In this document: piece by piece, positions 27,564-36,710 of the stretch
Position numbering within the stretch: position 1 is the stretch's first letter
Layout of the letters: every line of letters starts with the position of its first letter
Source of the DNA: an uncultured Candidatus Saccharibacteria bacterium
GTDB taxonomy: Bacteria; Patescibacteriota; Minisyncoccia; Phycocordibacterales; PALSA-1337
DNA: 64,000 nt
Reading direction: 5' to 3'
NCBI GenBank assembly: GCA_964416985.1
Contig: CAYQFS010000001.1
Span: 83,413 to 147,412 of the forward strand
The notes under the pieces: generated by a model
The model's database searches: none
What the model was told of the DNA's origin: nothing
Seen by the model: only the letters and a program-made list of their open reading frames with translations
Made by a program: the position numbers and the translations under genes

Positions 27564-27761
27564 GTTTTTCCTTCCTGTGATGTTGTTACTGTTGTTTCTG
27601 ACAACATACTAGCATATTAAAGTATAATGTCAATAGGTGGTAGTATGTTTAAAAGTGGATAACAAACGTATTAAAAGATGATCATAAAAGAGCATATTTC
27701 CCTTAGGTGAGGCTATTGTAGGTAGTGTATTCATGGTATAATTTGGTGACTGATAATAGCC

Positions 27762-30700
27762 ATGAAACATTCCTGGATCAAGAAGATTTTTATCGCATCC
27801 TTTTTCATAGTAGTTTTCTTGTCTCCTCTTAGTAATGTACGTGCTGATATTACCTCGAGCTTTCTTGGTCACTGGACATTTGATACTACTAACACGAATT
27901 GGGGCACTAATACAACATCTGACACATCCAGTAATGGGTATAATGGTACATTAACTAATTTTTATTCTGCGACGAGTACTGTTGTTGGGCAGCTCAATCA
28001 AGGTCTCTATTTTGATGGTGTCGATGATAAAGTAAGTCTCCCAACATCAGTTGTTGGCAGTAGTATAACACTTTCTGCATGGATAAAGCCTGCGGTGGTT
28101 AACAAGGAGCAACGCATCATTAACTACCATAACCGGTATCGACTCGAACTTTCTGATAATGGAAAACTATACTGTGCATTTCATACTGTAAATCAGTCAT
28201 GGAACTTCTGTAGTACTCTCGGAAATACCACACTTGTAGCGAATCGTTGGTACCACGTCGCTGTAACATACGATGGATCGTCGACGTATACGTATTATCT
28301 AAATGGAGTCGCAAACGGAAGTAACTCATCTCAATTTACTGGGGCATTAACTGGAGGGTCACTTACTCCTTGTATTGGTGATGCCTGTGGAGATGGAAAT
28401 ACTACAGCTTTTTTTAAGGGATCAATGGATGATGTCAACATCTACAGTCGAGCCCTTTCTTCTGGCGATATGCTTGAGTTGTATACTTCTGCTTTTGTAC
28501 CCACCATCACTACCTCCGATGCATCTTCCATCACCGCTACAACTGCCACTCTCAATGGTTCGATAGATGTTGCCAATGCCGCCTCCTCAACAATCCGAGG
28601 ATTTGCTTATGGGACGAGCGCAACACTTTCTACGGTAATAGCTACTACAACCGAGAGTGGGATATTTGATTCGGGAGCATTTACTTCAGCTGTTTCCGGT
28701 CTTACAGGAAATACGACATATTATGTACGAGCATATGCGTCAAATGCTACATCGACAGGGTATGGAACTATCAAATCTTTCACCACCTCTGTGGCTGTGG
28801 TTGTCCCTACAGTGACAGTTCAGTCGGCTTCCTCAATTACTGCAACTATGGTTACCCTGAATGGGACAATGACGTCTGATGGGAATGCTTCCTCTACTGT
28901 ACGAGGCTTTGCATATGGGACAGATACTAGTTACAGTCTGGGAACAACTACCGAGAATGGTACCTTTGCAATAGGTTCTTTCACAAGTAGCATCTCTTCT
29001 CTCACGTGTAATACGACGTATCATGTGCGTGCATACTCTACAAATTCGGCGGGAACAGGCTTTAGCGGCGATCAGACATTTTTAACAAGCCCATGTGTTC
29101 CAGGAAATCCAACCTCCGTTGTTGCTGTAGCGGGGAATGGTCAGGCGACTATATCATTTACTATTCCTGGAAGTGATGGGGGGTCTACGATTTTGTACTA
29201 CACTGCATCTTCGACCCCAGGAACCCAAGCTGGTTACGGGACTTCTCCGATTACAGTCTCGGGACTTTCAAATGGAACCACATATACATTTACTGTAACT
29301 GCTACAAATGCAGTTGGGACAAGTACCGCAAGTTCTGCATCAAACTCGATAACTCCTTCTACAACACCCACCATCACTACCTCCGACGCATCTTCCATCA
29401 CCGCTACAACTGCCACTCTCAATGGTTCGATAGATGCTCTCGGGGGAGCTTCTGTTACTGATCGTGGTTTTGAATGGGGTACTAATAATGCTTATGGAAA
29501 TAGTATTTCAACAAACGGCAGTTACTCGGTAGGAACATATAATGCAGATCTTTCTGGTTTGACGTGTAATACTGAATATCATGTACGAGCATTTGCAACT
29601 AACTCTGTCGGGACTGCTTCATCAAGCGATTCTTCTTTTACAACTTCTGCCTGCCCGGTATCATCTACTCCTTCCTCAAGCAGCGGTAGTTCTTCGGGCG
29701 GTGGGGGGAGATCAGGATTTGTTCAAATACTTCCCACCCCTTCTCTTGTTACAAAAGTTTTTGATATCATTACCCCTTCTTTTCTAAAGCCTAAAGTAGT
29801 TCCTGCCGCTGTTGCTCCCATCATAGAAATTAAAAACCCTCTTGACGGGTCGTGGAAACTTCTTCCTCAAGAGCCAGTGAAATCTTTTGTCCTTGCTCCA
29901 TTACCTGAGGAAGTGCTCGTTCTCACTGCCAAGTTTCCTGAATTAGAAAAGACGTTCAAAACACTTGGTATTACCAAGGTAAGTGATCTCGGTAAACTTA
30001 AAAATGCAAGTATCAATCTACCCAACTTGAGTGCACGAGTAGGTGCTAATGGGGCAGTTCCAATTGGTTCTTTAACTCCAGATCAGAAGAAGATGCTTCC
30101 GACCGAAGTTGTTTTTGCAAGATCGGGTACTGTTGATTATAACGTAGGACTTACTGTAAATAACGGAAATCCTGAACAGCAGGTAAAAACAATTGTTGGA
30201 AAGCCACTCGATCTTGCCATTAAAGCCGATAAACCCGTTAAAGAAATAAAAGGTTACTTGACCGTGAAAAACATCGAAAGAAAGTCTGTTTCAAGGCCTA
30301 TCCCTTCCGATTCAATGCTTGCTTCAGTCGTTGCTGCGATATTACCAACACCACATCCACGGACTGAAGGGGTTGAAGTAGAACAAAAACTTGTTCTTCA
30401 GGAATTTAATTATAGTGATGATAATAATGACGGGATTTACACTGCCCAAGTTCAGACTCCCTTACTTAAGGGTGAATACGATATTATTTCAGTAATGCAG
30501 TATCGGGATATTAAATTAGGTTCCAAAGAGTTTCATTTGACAACTGTCGTTGATCCGGAAGGATATATTTATCGTGATAGTGGTAATGGAGAAGAGACTC
30601 GTATTCATGACGCTACTGTCACTATTTTTCAAAAGAATCTTAGTACATCAGATTTTGAATTATGGCCGGCAAATAATTTCCAACAGACAAATCCTCAATT

Positions 30701-30893
30701 GACGGATAAGAGCGGAACTTACTCGTTCCTTGTTCCTGAAGGTATTTACAAAATTACTGTATCTGCACCTGGTTACGAGGATTATATAGGCAGTGAGTTC
30801 TCTGTTGTACAGGGTGGGGGAGTACATACAAACATTGTTCTCAAGCCGAAAGGTGTGTGGAATCGTTTCTTGCGTTCAATAAAATTAAATTAG
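27762..30893 (+). CDS. Large secreted/surface protein: LamG/ConA-like domain, repeated FN3-like T/S-rich modules, C-terminal carboxypeptidase-regulatory-like domain
   Basis: Signal peptide; FDGVDD...ITLSAWIKP...WYHVAVTYDG...GSMDDVNIYSRAL; YYVRAYA/YHVRAY repeats; GLSNGTTYTFTVTATNAVG; TDKSGTYSFLVPEGIYKITVSAPGY. Confidence 0.85.
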   Translation: MKHSWIKKIFIASFFIVVFLSPLSNVRADITSSFLGHWTFDTTNTNWGTNTTSDTSSNGYNGTLTNFYSATSTVVGQLNQGLYFDGVDDKVSLPTSVVGSSITLSAWIKPAVVNKEQRIINYHNRYRLELSDNGKLYCAFHTVNQSWNFCSTLGNTTLVANRWYHVAVTYDGSSTYTYYLNGVANGSNSSQFTGALTGGSLTPCIGDACGDGNTTAFFKGSMDDVNIYSRALSSGDMLELYTSAFVPTITTSDASSITATTATLNGSIDVANAASSTIRGFAYGTSATLSTVIATTTESGIFDSGAFTSAVSGLTGNTTYYVRAYASNATSTGYGTIKSFTTSVAVVVPTVTVQSASSITATMVTLNGTMTSDGNASSTVRGFAYGTDTSYSLGTTTENGTFAIGSFTSSISSLTCNTTYHVRAYSTNSAGTGFSGDQTFLTSPCVPGNPTSVVAVAGNGQATISFTIPGSDGGSTILYYTASSTPGTQAGYGTSPITVSGLSNGTTYTFTVTATNAVGTSTASSASNSITPSTTPTITTSDASSITATTATLNGSIDALGGASVTDRGFEWGTNNAYGNSISTNGSYSVGTYNADLSGLTCNTEYHVRAFATNSVGTASSSDSSFTTSACPVSSTPSSSSGSSSGGGGRSGFVQILPTPSLVTKVFDIITPSFLKPKVVPAAVAPIIEIKNPLDGSWKLLPQEPVKSFVLAPLPEEVLVLTAKFPELEKTFKTLGITKVSDLGKLKNASINLPNLSARVGANGAVPIGSLTPDQKKMLPTEVVFARSGTVDYNVGLTVNNGNPEQQVKTIVGKPLDLAIKADKPVKEIKGYLTVKNIERKSVSRPIPSDSMLASVVAAILPTPHPRTEGVEVEQKLVLQEFNYSDDNNDGIYTAQVQTPLLKGEYDIISVMQYRDIKLGSKEFHLTTVVDPEGYIYRDSGNGEETRIHDATVTIFQKNLSTSDFELWPANNFQQTNPQLTDKSGTYSFLVPEGIYKITVSAPGYEDYIGSEFSVVQGGGVHTNIVLKPKGVWNRFLRSIKLN
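28499..28569 (+). repeat. 71-bp intragenic direct repeat, copy 1
   Basis: Identical to 29366-29436 except one synonymous T/C; encodes PTITTSDASSITATTATLNGSID. Confidence 0.9.
29366..29436 (+). repeat. 71-bp intragenic direct repeat, copy 2
   Basis: Matches 28499-28569 at 70 of 71 positions. Confidence 0.9.
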
Positions 30894-30898
30894 ATAAT

Positions 30899-31276
30899 AT
30901 GAAGAATATGTTTACAAAAAATTCCTTCATGATCATAGCTATTGGGGTACTTGCAATTACAACAATTTTGTATTCTATAAAAAGTTACTCCTTGGCGCAG
31001 AGACTTGCAGAAATGGAAAAAAATCTCCAACCACAGGTTGCTCACACGGAGATTGCGAAGTTTACGAAATTATTTATTGATAAAGTTTTGAATGCAGAAG
31101 GTTCGGTAAGTTTTGACACAAGACTTGAGCTAGAGAATGCTGTACGTGCGACGAGAGATGATGAGCTTTTATCTCAGTGGAATGCCTTTGTGAATAGTAA
31201 GACAGAAGCAGAGGCACAGACTCAAGTTAAAAGATTGTTGGCTATGTTGGTAACAAAGATTGTTCCAGCTCAATAA
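30899..31276 (+). CDS. Hypothetical N-terminally anchored protein
   Basis: One TM helix then FTKLFIDKVL...VSFDTRLELENAVR; coupled to the upstream surface protein. Confidence 0.7.
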   Translation: MKNMFTKNSFMIIAIGVLAITTILYSIKSYSLAQRLAEMEKNLQPQVAHTEIAKFTKLFIDKVLNAEGSVSFDTRLELENAVRATRDDELLSQWNAFVNSKTEAEAQTQVKRLLAMLVTKIVPAQ

Positions 31277-31343
31277 ATAAAAAAGCCCCGAAAAAATTCG
31301 GGGCTGTGAAAGGGGGCTATAAGCCTCCCGATTCTAATTTATT

Positions 31344-33512
31344 TTACTGATGGCCAAGGAGCCATGAAGGTAGGGCGGTACCTCGTACTGCCTGCTTTCG
31401 ATTAATTTCTTCAACCGCGACCTCTTTCTTCACTCTTTCAACAATGCGGTCATCGATGAATGTTTTTTCTCCGACGAGATACTCGGGGAGACCGAAGGGG
31501 TTGAAAGGTAATGGAGGAGCATCTGGGTGCGTCAATGAATATTTTGACACCGTTGGGTCACCATTTTCCTTACCATCCAGAATCGTACCAATTTCTATTA
31601 GCTGTTGGCGAGCCATTTTTCGTGACTCGGATTGAGATGATTTTAGTGTGTAGCTTTGTTGCATCATCATCTGTTGTCCCGATTGGTATGAACCACTTGG
31701 CCAGACTGTTCGGAAGAATAGTGTCTGGCGATTGTTAACTGCGATTGCGGCTACCGCTTTTCGCAGCGGTCCTACAACAACCGTTGCCTCGACTGTCCAA
31801 GGACCATCGATGCTCTCTGCGACAAGTACGTCGTTCGTGGTATTTGGGATTGAGTGTACCACCAGATAGTTCGTCGTCCGGTCGAGAGTGAGTCCGTTGT
31901 AGTTGATAGGATCATCGTACACGTAGTTGGTGATTGCTGGCCCAAATGGCCCTTCAACAAGGGGATACCATTCCCGACTCAGATTCCAGAACGTGTTCGA
32001 ACTGGCTTTGTTGAGGGCGAAACCTTCACCGACAGCAAGTTGTGGCATTGTTGGCCACCACGAGTTACTTGTATACATGTAATTCGTGTATGTCCCGCTT
32101 GTGGGAAGGTATTGGTATAAGATGTCACCTTCAGTCACGGGTAACTTAAAACTCTCAGGATTTCCTGCCCGTGGATAAGGATATGACAGAATACTTTCGT
32201 GGTCGAGGATTTCACGTCCTATTCCTCCTTGTAAAACACGTCCTGCAAATGTGACAGAGATAGTGCTTCCTGAGGGGTTCGAAACCAGAGCTGCTTCTCC
32301 TGCAACAAGTTTGTCATTAGGGATAGTCCAGTTTGTTCCATCCCATATGTTTGTCGTCCATGTAGACCCGTACGACTTTTCAACCCTGCTTCCCGCAGGT
32401 AACTTGTAGAAGAGTTTCTTAATTCGAGGATCCATCACCGAAAACTGATTTGCGACAAGTGCTTTCTTGCCTGCAGCGATGGAAACCGTGTAGTACCCAA
32501 TAATATTCGAGACATCATTGGTTGATCTTATCCTGAAGTACAGGTTACTCGCTCCACCACTATAAACGTTCAGGGACATGATACCGTTTGTGGTAGAGTT
32601 TGCTGAACTTGATATTGTCGTCGACACTATAGTCCAATCTTGGGAGAGCAGATTGGTCTTTGATTCAAGGATGTAGGTTGTGCCTTCCGTTACCCATCCG
32701 AGTTTCAATGTCAGTAACTCATTTTGCCCAACAACATTTACTCCTTTAGGCAGACCTTGCTGCCATAAGCTAATTGTGTGTTTTTGAATTCCTATTGCTG
32801 GCTGAGCAAAGACATTTGTCACGATTATTGCAAGTGGGTTAGTACTTACCACTTTCACATCCCACGTTGCGATACTTGTATTTGAAGCTTTGTACGCTGT
32901 GGTTGCTGAGCCGTTTGTCCCTTTTACTGTAAAGGCAGCAAAAGGCCGACTGAGATGATCCATAAAAGGATCGTATAGTATGCTCACTGTCGCTTCGTTA
33001 GTTACTGATAAGCCGAAGCCATCAGGTGAATTGCCTAGACCCACATCACTTGAACCTCCAGATGAGTTATTTGTGGATGCTGCAATTTCCATGAAGTTTA
33101 ATGGAGGGTAGTACGGGTCCCCTGGACCAGAAGGAATGTGACCGCCATAGACGACCGGTGGGTCTGGCTGCATCCAGTCGTCGAATATACCACCGAAGTC
33201 TGGATCAAATGATGGTATGATCGGTGGCGGTTCATTGTTTGTGTAATTTGGGTATGATGGTTTTCCCGAAGGGAAATCGGGAGGAAAGGTGGGTGGTTCG
33301 TATGGAGGGCTATTGGTTTTTCCACTATTGATCTCGTCGATCAGGTTACTCGAAACTTCAGAGATCAAGTTTGTGAAGTCGTTGTTTAGTGTGTTGGTGA
33401 CGCCCACGTAGGGATCTGTGTATGTGGGGACACCTAGTGCCTGATTTAACCAACCAGTAACAATTAATGTTACCACAATGCTCATGAGAGCGTTCAACGG
33501 ATTTCGTTTCAT
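31344..33512 (-). CDS. Large secreted hypothetical protein (Verrucomicrobia-like motifs); start moved to ATG 33512
   Basis: SD AAAGGAAG, signal peptide MKRNPLNALMSIVVTLIV..., Pro-rich region, YILESKTNLLSQDW, NLYFRIR, SNIIGYYTV...LVANQF. Confidence 0.7.
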   Translation of the reverse strand: MKRNPLNALMSIVVTLIVTGWLNQALGVPTYTDPYVGVTNTLNNDFTNLISEVSSNLIDEINSGKTNSPPYEPPTFPPDFPSGKPSYPNYTNNEPPPIIPSFDPDFGGIFDDWMQPDPPVVYGGHIPSGPGDPYYPPLNFMEIAASTNNSSGGSSDVGLGNSPDGFGLSVTNEATVSILYDPFMDHLSRPFAAFTVKGTNGSATTAYKASNTSIATWDVKVVSTNPLAIIVTNVFAQPAIGIQKHTISLWQQGLPKGVNVVGQNELLTLKLGWVTEGTTYILESKTNLLSQDWTIVSTTISSSANSTTNGIMSLNVYSGGASNLYFRIRSTNDVSNIIGYYTVSIAAGKKALVANQFSVMDPRIKKLFYKLPAGSRVEKSYGSTWTTNIWDGTNWTIPNDKLVAGEAALVSNPSGSTISVTFAGRVLQGGIGREILDHESILSYPYPRAGNPESFKLPVTEGDILYQYLPTSGTYTNYMYTSNSWWPTMPQLAVGEGFALNKASSNTFWNLSREWYPLVEGPFGPAITNYVYDDPINYNGLTLDRTTNYLVVHSIPNTTNDVLVAESIDGPWTVEATVVVGPLRKAVAAIAVNNRQTLFFRTVWPSGSYQSGQQMMMQQSYTLKSSQSESRKMARQQLIEIGTILDGKENGDPTVSKYSLTHPDAPPLPFNPFGLPEYLVGEKTFIDDRIVERVKKEVAVEEINRKQAVRGTALPSWLLGHQ

Positions 33513-33543
33513 TTGCTTCCTTTCATCTGACCTGTTTTGGTTG

Positions 33544-33588
33544 TACCCCCTTGTAAAGGAAAGACCATCGGGGGGTAATGCGATGGTC
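33544..33588 (-). promoter_or_regulatory. Candidate H-type pseudoknot leader with anti-SD loop
   Basis: S1 GACCAUCG/CGAUGGUC, S2 UACCCCC/GGGGGUA; loop UUUCCUUU is complementary to SD AAAGGAAG. Confidence 0.45.
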
Positions 33589-33729
33589 GGCTGGCTATCA
33601 AATAACAAAATAACCAATCTAAAATTGAGGGTATCATAAAATAAGTCCATCGACCATTGACAGATTGGGAAACATGTCCTCCGTTGGAAAACTGTTTTCT
33701 TTCATTTTCCCCAATTTATCGTATAATCA

Positions 33730-35658
33730 ATGCCTATGAAGAAACACAATGACCCGCAAGGAGAAAAGGGAAAAAAGGGACAGAAGAAGCCCTCGAAACT
33801 TCGCTTTTTGAATACGATTTCCACAGCAATTCTCATCCTTTTCCTCATCACTGGATTTTATTCAATTCTTGTCGACCAGACGGCTGAGAAAAATCTTATT
33901 CCACTTTCAGAACTTGTTCACGATGTTGGTATGGGTAAAGTCACAGCTATTACTGTTCAGGGAAATACGCTTATTGCAGAATACGAAGACAAGGCGACCA
34001 AGATTTCCAAAAAGGAAACCGACGCTTCTGTCACAGAGACATTTACAAGTTATGGATTGACTCCTGAAAAGTTGAACGCAGTTAAAATTTCGATTGAAGG
34101 ACCGAGTGGGTTCTGGTTCTGGGTCGGACAGCTTGCACCCTTCATTGCACCTCTTTTCTTTTTAGCGCTCATTATTTGGTTTTTGACGCGGCAAGTGAGA
34201 GGTCAGGGAGGACTTCAGGCCTTCTCATTTGGTCAGTCGAAGGCCCGCATCACATTGCCAGACGACAAAAAGCAGAAAGTAACATTCAAGGATGTTGCTG
34301 GAGCAAAAGAAGCAAAGCAGGAACTTTCAGAAATCGTGGATTTTTTGAGAAATCCAAAAAAGTTTTTGGAAATTGGTGCGGTTATTCCAAAAGGAATTCT
34401 TCTCATGGGAGCTCCAGGAACTGGAAAGACCCTGCTCGCGCGAGCGGTGGCTGGAGAAGCGGGTGTGGCGTTCTTTGCTATTTCTGGATCTGAGTTTGTA
34501 GAAATGTTTGTGGGAGTTGGAGCATCGAGAGTCCGGGATCTCTTTAAAATTGCAAAGGAAAGTGCACCAGCAATTATTTTTGTTGATGAAATTGATGCAG
34601 TTGGGCGAGTGCGAGGGACGGGAGTTGGGGGAGGAAATGATGAGAGGGAACAGACATTGAACCAGATCCTTGTTGAGATGGACGGATTCGAGCCAAATGA
34701 GAAAGTGATTGTCATGGCTGCAACAAACAGACCTGATGTTCTTGATCCAGCACTTCTTCGACCAGGGCGATTTGACCGTCGGGTGACTATTGACCTTCCT
34801 GATCGAAATGATCGCGAGGAAATTTTGAAAATACATTCCGCAAAGAAACCTTTTGCTGAAGATGTCGCCCTTCGAGTCATTGCCGAGAGAACTCCGGGAT
34901 TTTCTGGTGCCGACCTCTATTCTCTTATGAATGAAGGAGCGATTCTTGCTGCTCGGGAAAATAGGACAAAAGTCTCTCAGTATGATCTCATTCGCGCTAT
35001 TGAAAAAGTAATGCTCGGGCCTGAGAGGAAAAGTCATCTTTTGTCTAAAAAAGAGAAAGAAATTACTGCGTATCATGAAGCAGGTCATGCTCTCGTTGCC
35101 TCAGTTCTTCCATTTGCTGATCCAGTTCACAAGATTTCAATTATTTCTCGGGGACGGGCTGCTGGATATACTTTGCACCTTCCTCTCGAAGATCGTAAGA
35201 TGCAATCAAAGAGGGAATTTCTCGATGACATCGCTGTCTCTCTCGGAGGCTACGTCGTGGAAAAAATGATGTTTGGAGATGTCACTACCGGCCCTTCAAA
35301 TGATCTCCAGGTTTCAACGGCTCTCGCTCGTGACATGGTTACGAAATATGGAATGTCAGAAAAGATCGGAGTCCTTGCTCTCGAAGGTTCTGGAGGTCGG
35401 GCGATGTTTGGAAAGGGAGTGGAAGACAGGGAATATTCTGAAAAAGTTGGAGCTGATATCGACAGTGAAGTCGCTCGTATTATGAAAGAAGGGTTTGAGA
35501 AAGCAGAAAAGATTGTGACTGAAAATAAAAAGGCCCTCGACGCTATTGCCCGAAGACTTGTCGAAGTCGAGACGATCGAAAGAGAAGAGTACGAGTCAAT
35601 CATCATTGCTCATGGGATTCAGCCAAAGAAAAAGCTCGACATTGAACATCAGTCGTAA
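33730..35658 (+). CDS. ftsH: ATP-dependent zinc metalloprotease FtsH
   Basis: Two TMs, [28 protein letters not shown]. Confidence 0.99.
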   Translation: MPMKKHNDPQGEKGKKGQKKPSKLRFLNTISTAILILFLITGFYSILVDQTAEKNLIPLSELVHDVGMGKVTAITVQGNTLIAEYEDKATKISKKETDASVTETFTSYGLTPEKLNAVKISIEGPSGFWFWVGQLAPFIAPLFFLALIIWFLTRQVRGQGGLQAFSFGQSKARITLPDDKKQKVTFKDVAGAKEAKQELSEIVDFLRNPKKFLEIGAVIPKGILLMGAPGTGKTLLARAVAGEAGVAFFAISGSEFVEMFVGVGASRVRDLFKIAKESAPAIIFVDEIDAVGRVRGTGVGGGNDEREQTLNQILVEMDGFEPNEKVIVMAATNRPDVLDPALLRPGRFDRRVTIDLPDRNDREEILKIHSAKKPFAEDVALRVIAERTPGFSGADLYSLMNEGAILAARENRTKVSQYDLIRAIEKVMLGPERKSHLLSKKEKEITAYHEAGHALVASVLPFADPVHKISIISRGRAAGYTLHLPLEDRKMQSKREFLDDIAVSLGGYVVEKMMFGDVTTGPSNDLQVSTALARDMVTKYGMSEKIGVLALEGSGGRAMFGKGVEDREYSEKVGADIDSEVARIMKEGFEKAEKIVTENKKALDAIARRLVEVETIEREEYESIIIAHGIQPKKKLDIEHQS

Positions 35659-35687
35659 TTTTTTGTCTGGCCGTTTAATTGCTTACG

Positions 35688-36587
35688 ATGTCTTTCATTA
35701 AAAAATCATTTGTGTGGATTGTGCTCATTGTGATGATGGGCTTATGGAGTTACCAGTATTTTGTCATAAACGCCCCGTGTGCCCAACCCATCTACTATCA
35801 TCTCGGAGTATTTGATACGAGATTCAACATTAGCAAAGTAGATTTTCTTTCTGCTGTTGATGAGGCGACTCTCATTTGGGAAAAGGCCCTTGGCAAGGAT
35901 CTTTTTTCTCCGAGTACAGAGGGGAGGCTTGATATAAATTTGGTTTACGACGATCGTCAAGCTCTCGCCGAAAAGAACCGTACGCTTACAGCACAGGTCG
36001 ACACACAAAAAGTTTCGGCTGATGCAATCAAGGCGCAATTTCTATCTCTCCAAAATCGCCTTGATGAAAGAAAAAAAGAATACGAAGCGCTCGTTTCTGA
36101 GTTCGAGAAGGCACAGGATTCCTACAACACCGAAGTTCGTTTATGGAATCGAAAGGGGGGTGCTCCGAAAGATGAGTATGAAAAATTGAATAACGACAAG
36201 GATGCCCTCGTTGCTTTCCAAGCTAGAGTTGAAACGAAACGCCTCGAGGTTAATGCTCTCGTTGATGAAATAAATGCTCTTGTCAAAAAGTATAATTATC
36301 TCGTCGGAACGGTCAATTCTACTATTTCGACAATTAACAAAGATGCAGGGAAGGAGTTTGAGGAAGGGGAATTTATTTCTGACAGAAATGGAGAAAGAAT
36401 AAATATTTATGAATTTGGAAACCACCAGGTTCTCGTCAGAGTTCTTGCTCATGAGTTTGGACATGCCTTGGGACTTGATCACAATGATAATCCAGATTCT
36501 ATTATGTATTACCTGAATAACAGCAAAAATATGAAATTGACGGCTGAGGACACAGCGGCCGTGAAGGCGGTGTGTGGGGTGGAGTGA
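35688..36587 (+). CDS. Matrixin-like (M10) metalloprotease with coiled-coil insert
   Basis: HEFGHALGLDH plus SIMY Met-turn; N-terminal anchor. Confidence 0.85.
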   Translation: MSFIKKSFVWIVLIVMMGLWSYQYFVINAPCAQPIYYHLGVFDTRFNISKVDFLSAVDEATLIWEKALGKDLFSPSTEGRLDINLVYDDRQALAEKNRTLTAQVDTQKVSADAIKAQFLSLQNRLDERKKEYEALVSEFEKAQDSYNTEVRLWNRKGGAPKDEYEKLNNDKDALVAFQARVETKRLEVNALVDEINALVKKYNYLVGTVNSTISTINKDAGKEFEEGEFISDRNGERINIYEFGNHQVLVRVLAHEFGHALGLDHNDNPDSIMYYLNNSKNMKLTAEDTAAVKAVCGVE

Positions 36588-36634
36588 GCTTGATTTGAAA
36601 GTCAACCAACTTTAGTCTATGATAAGCCTTACAT

Positions 36635-36708
36635 GCGCCTTTAGCTCAGTTGGTTAGAGCACAGAGCTTATACCTCTGGGGTCCTTGGTTCGAATCCAAG
36701 AAGGCGCA
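36635..36708 (+). tRNA. tRNA-Ile with anticodon UAU (CCA not encoded)
   Basis: GCGCCTT/AAGGCGC acceptor, GCTC/GAGC D-stem, CAGAG-CTTATAC-CTCTG anticodon arm, CTTGG-TTCGAAT-CCAAG T-arm, discriminator A. Confidence 0.93.
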
Positions 36709-36710
36709 CA

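Noticed and set aside
28499-29436. Repeat pair as a diversity-generating retroelement TR/VR
   Set aside because: There is only one mismatch (a synonymous T/C), both copies are in frame within one gene, and no reverse transcriptase is in the window
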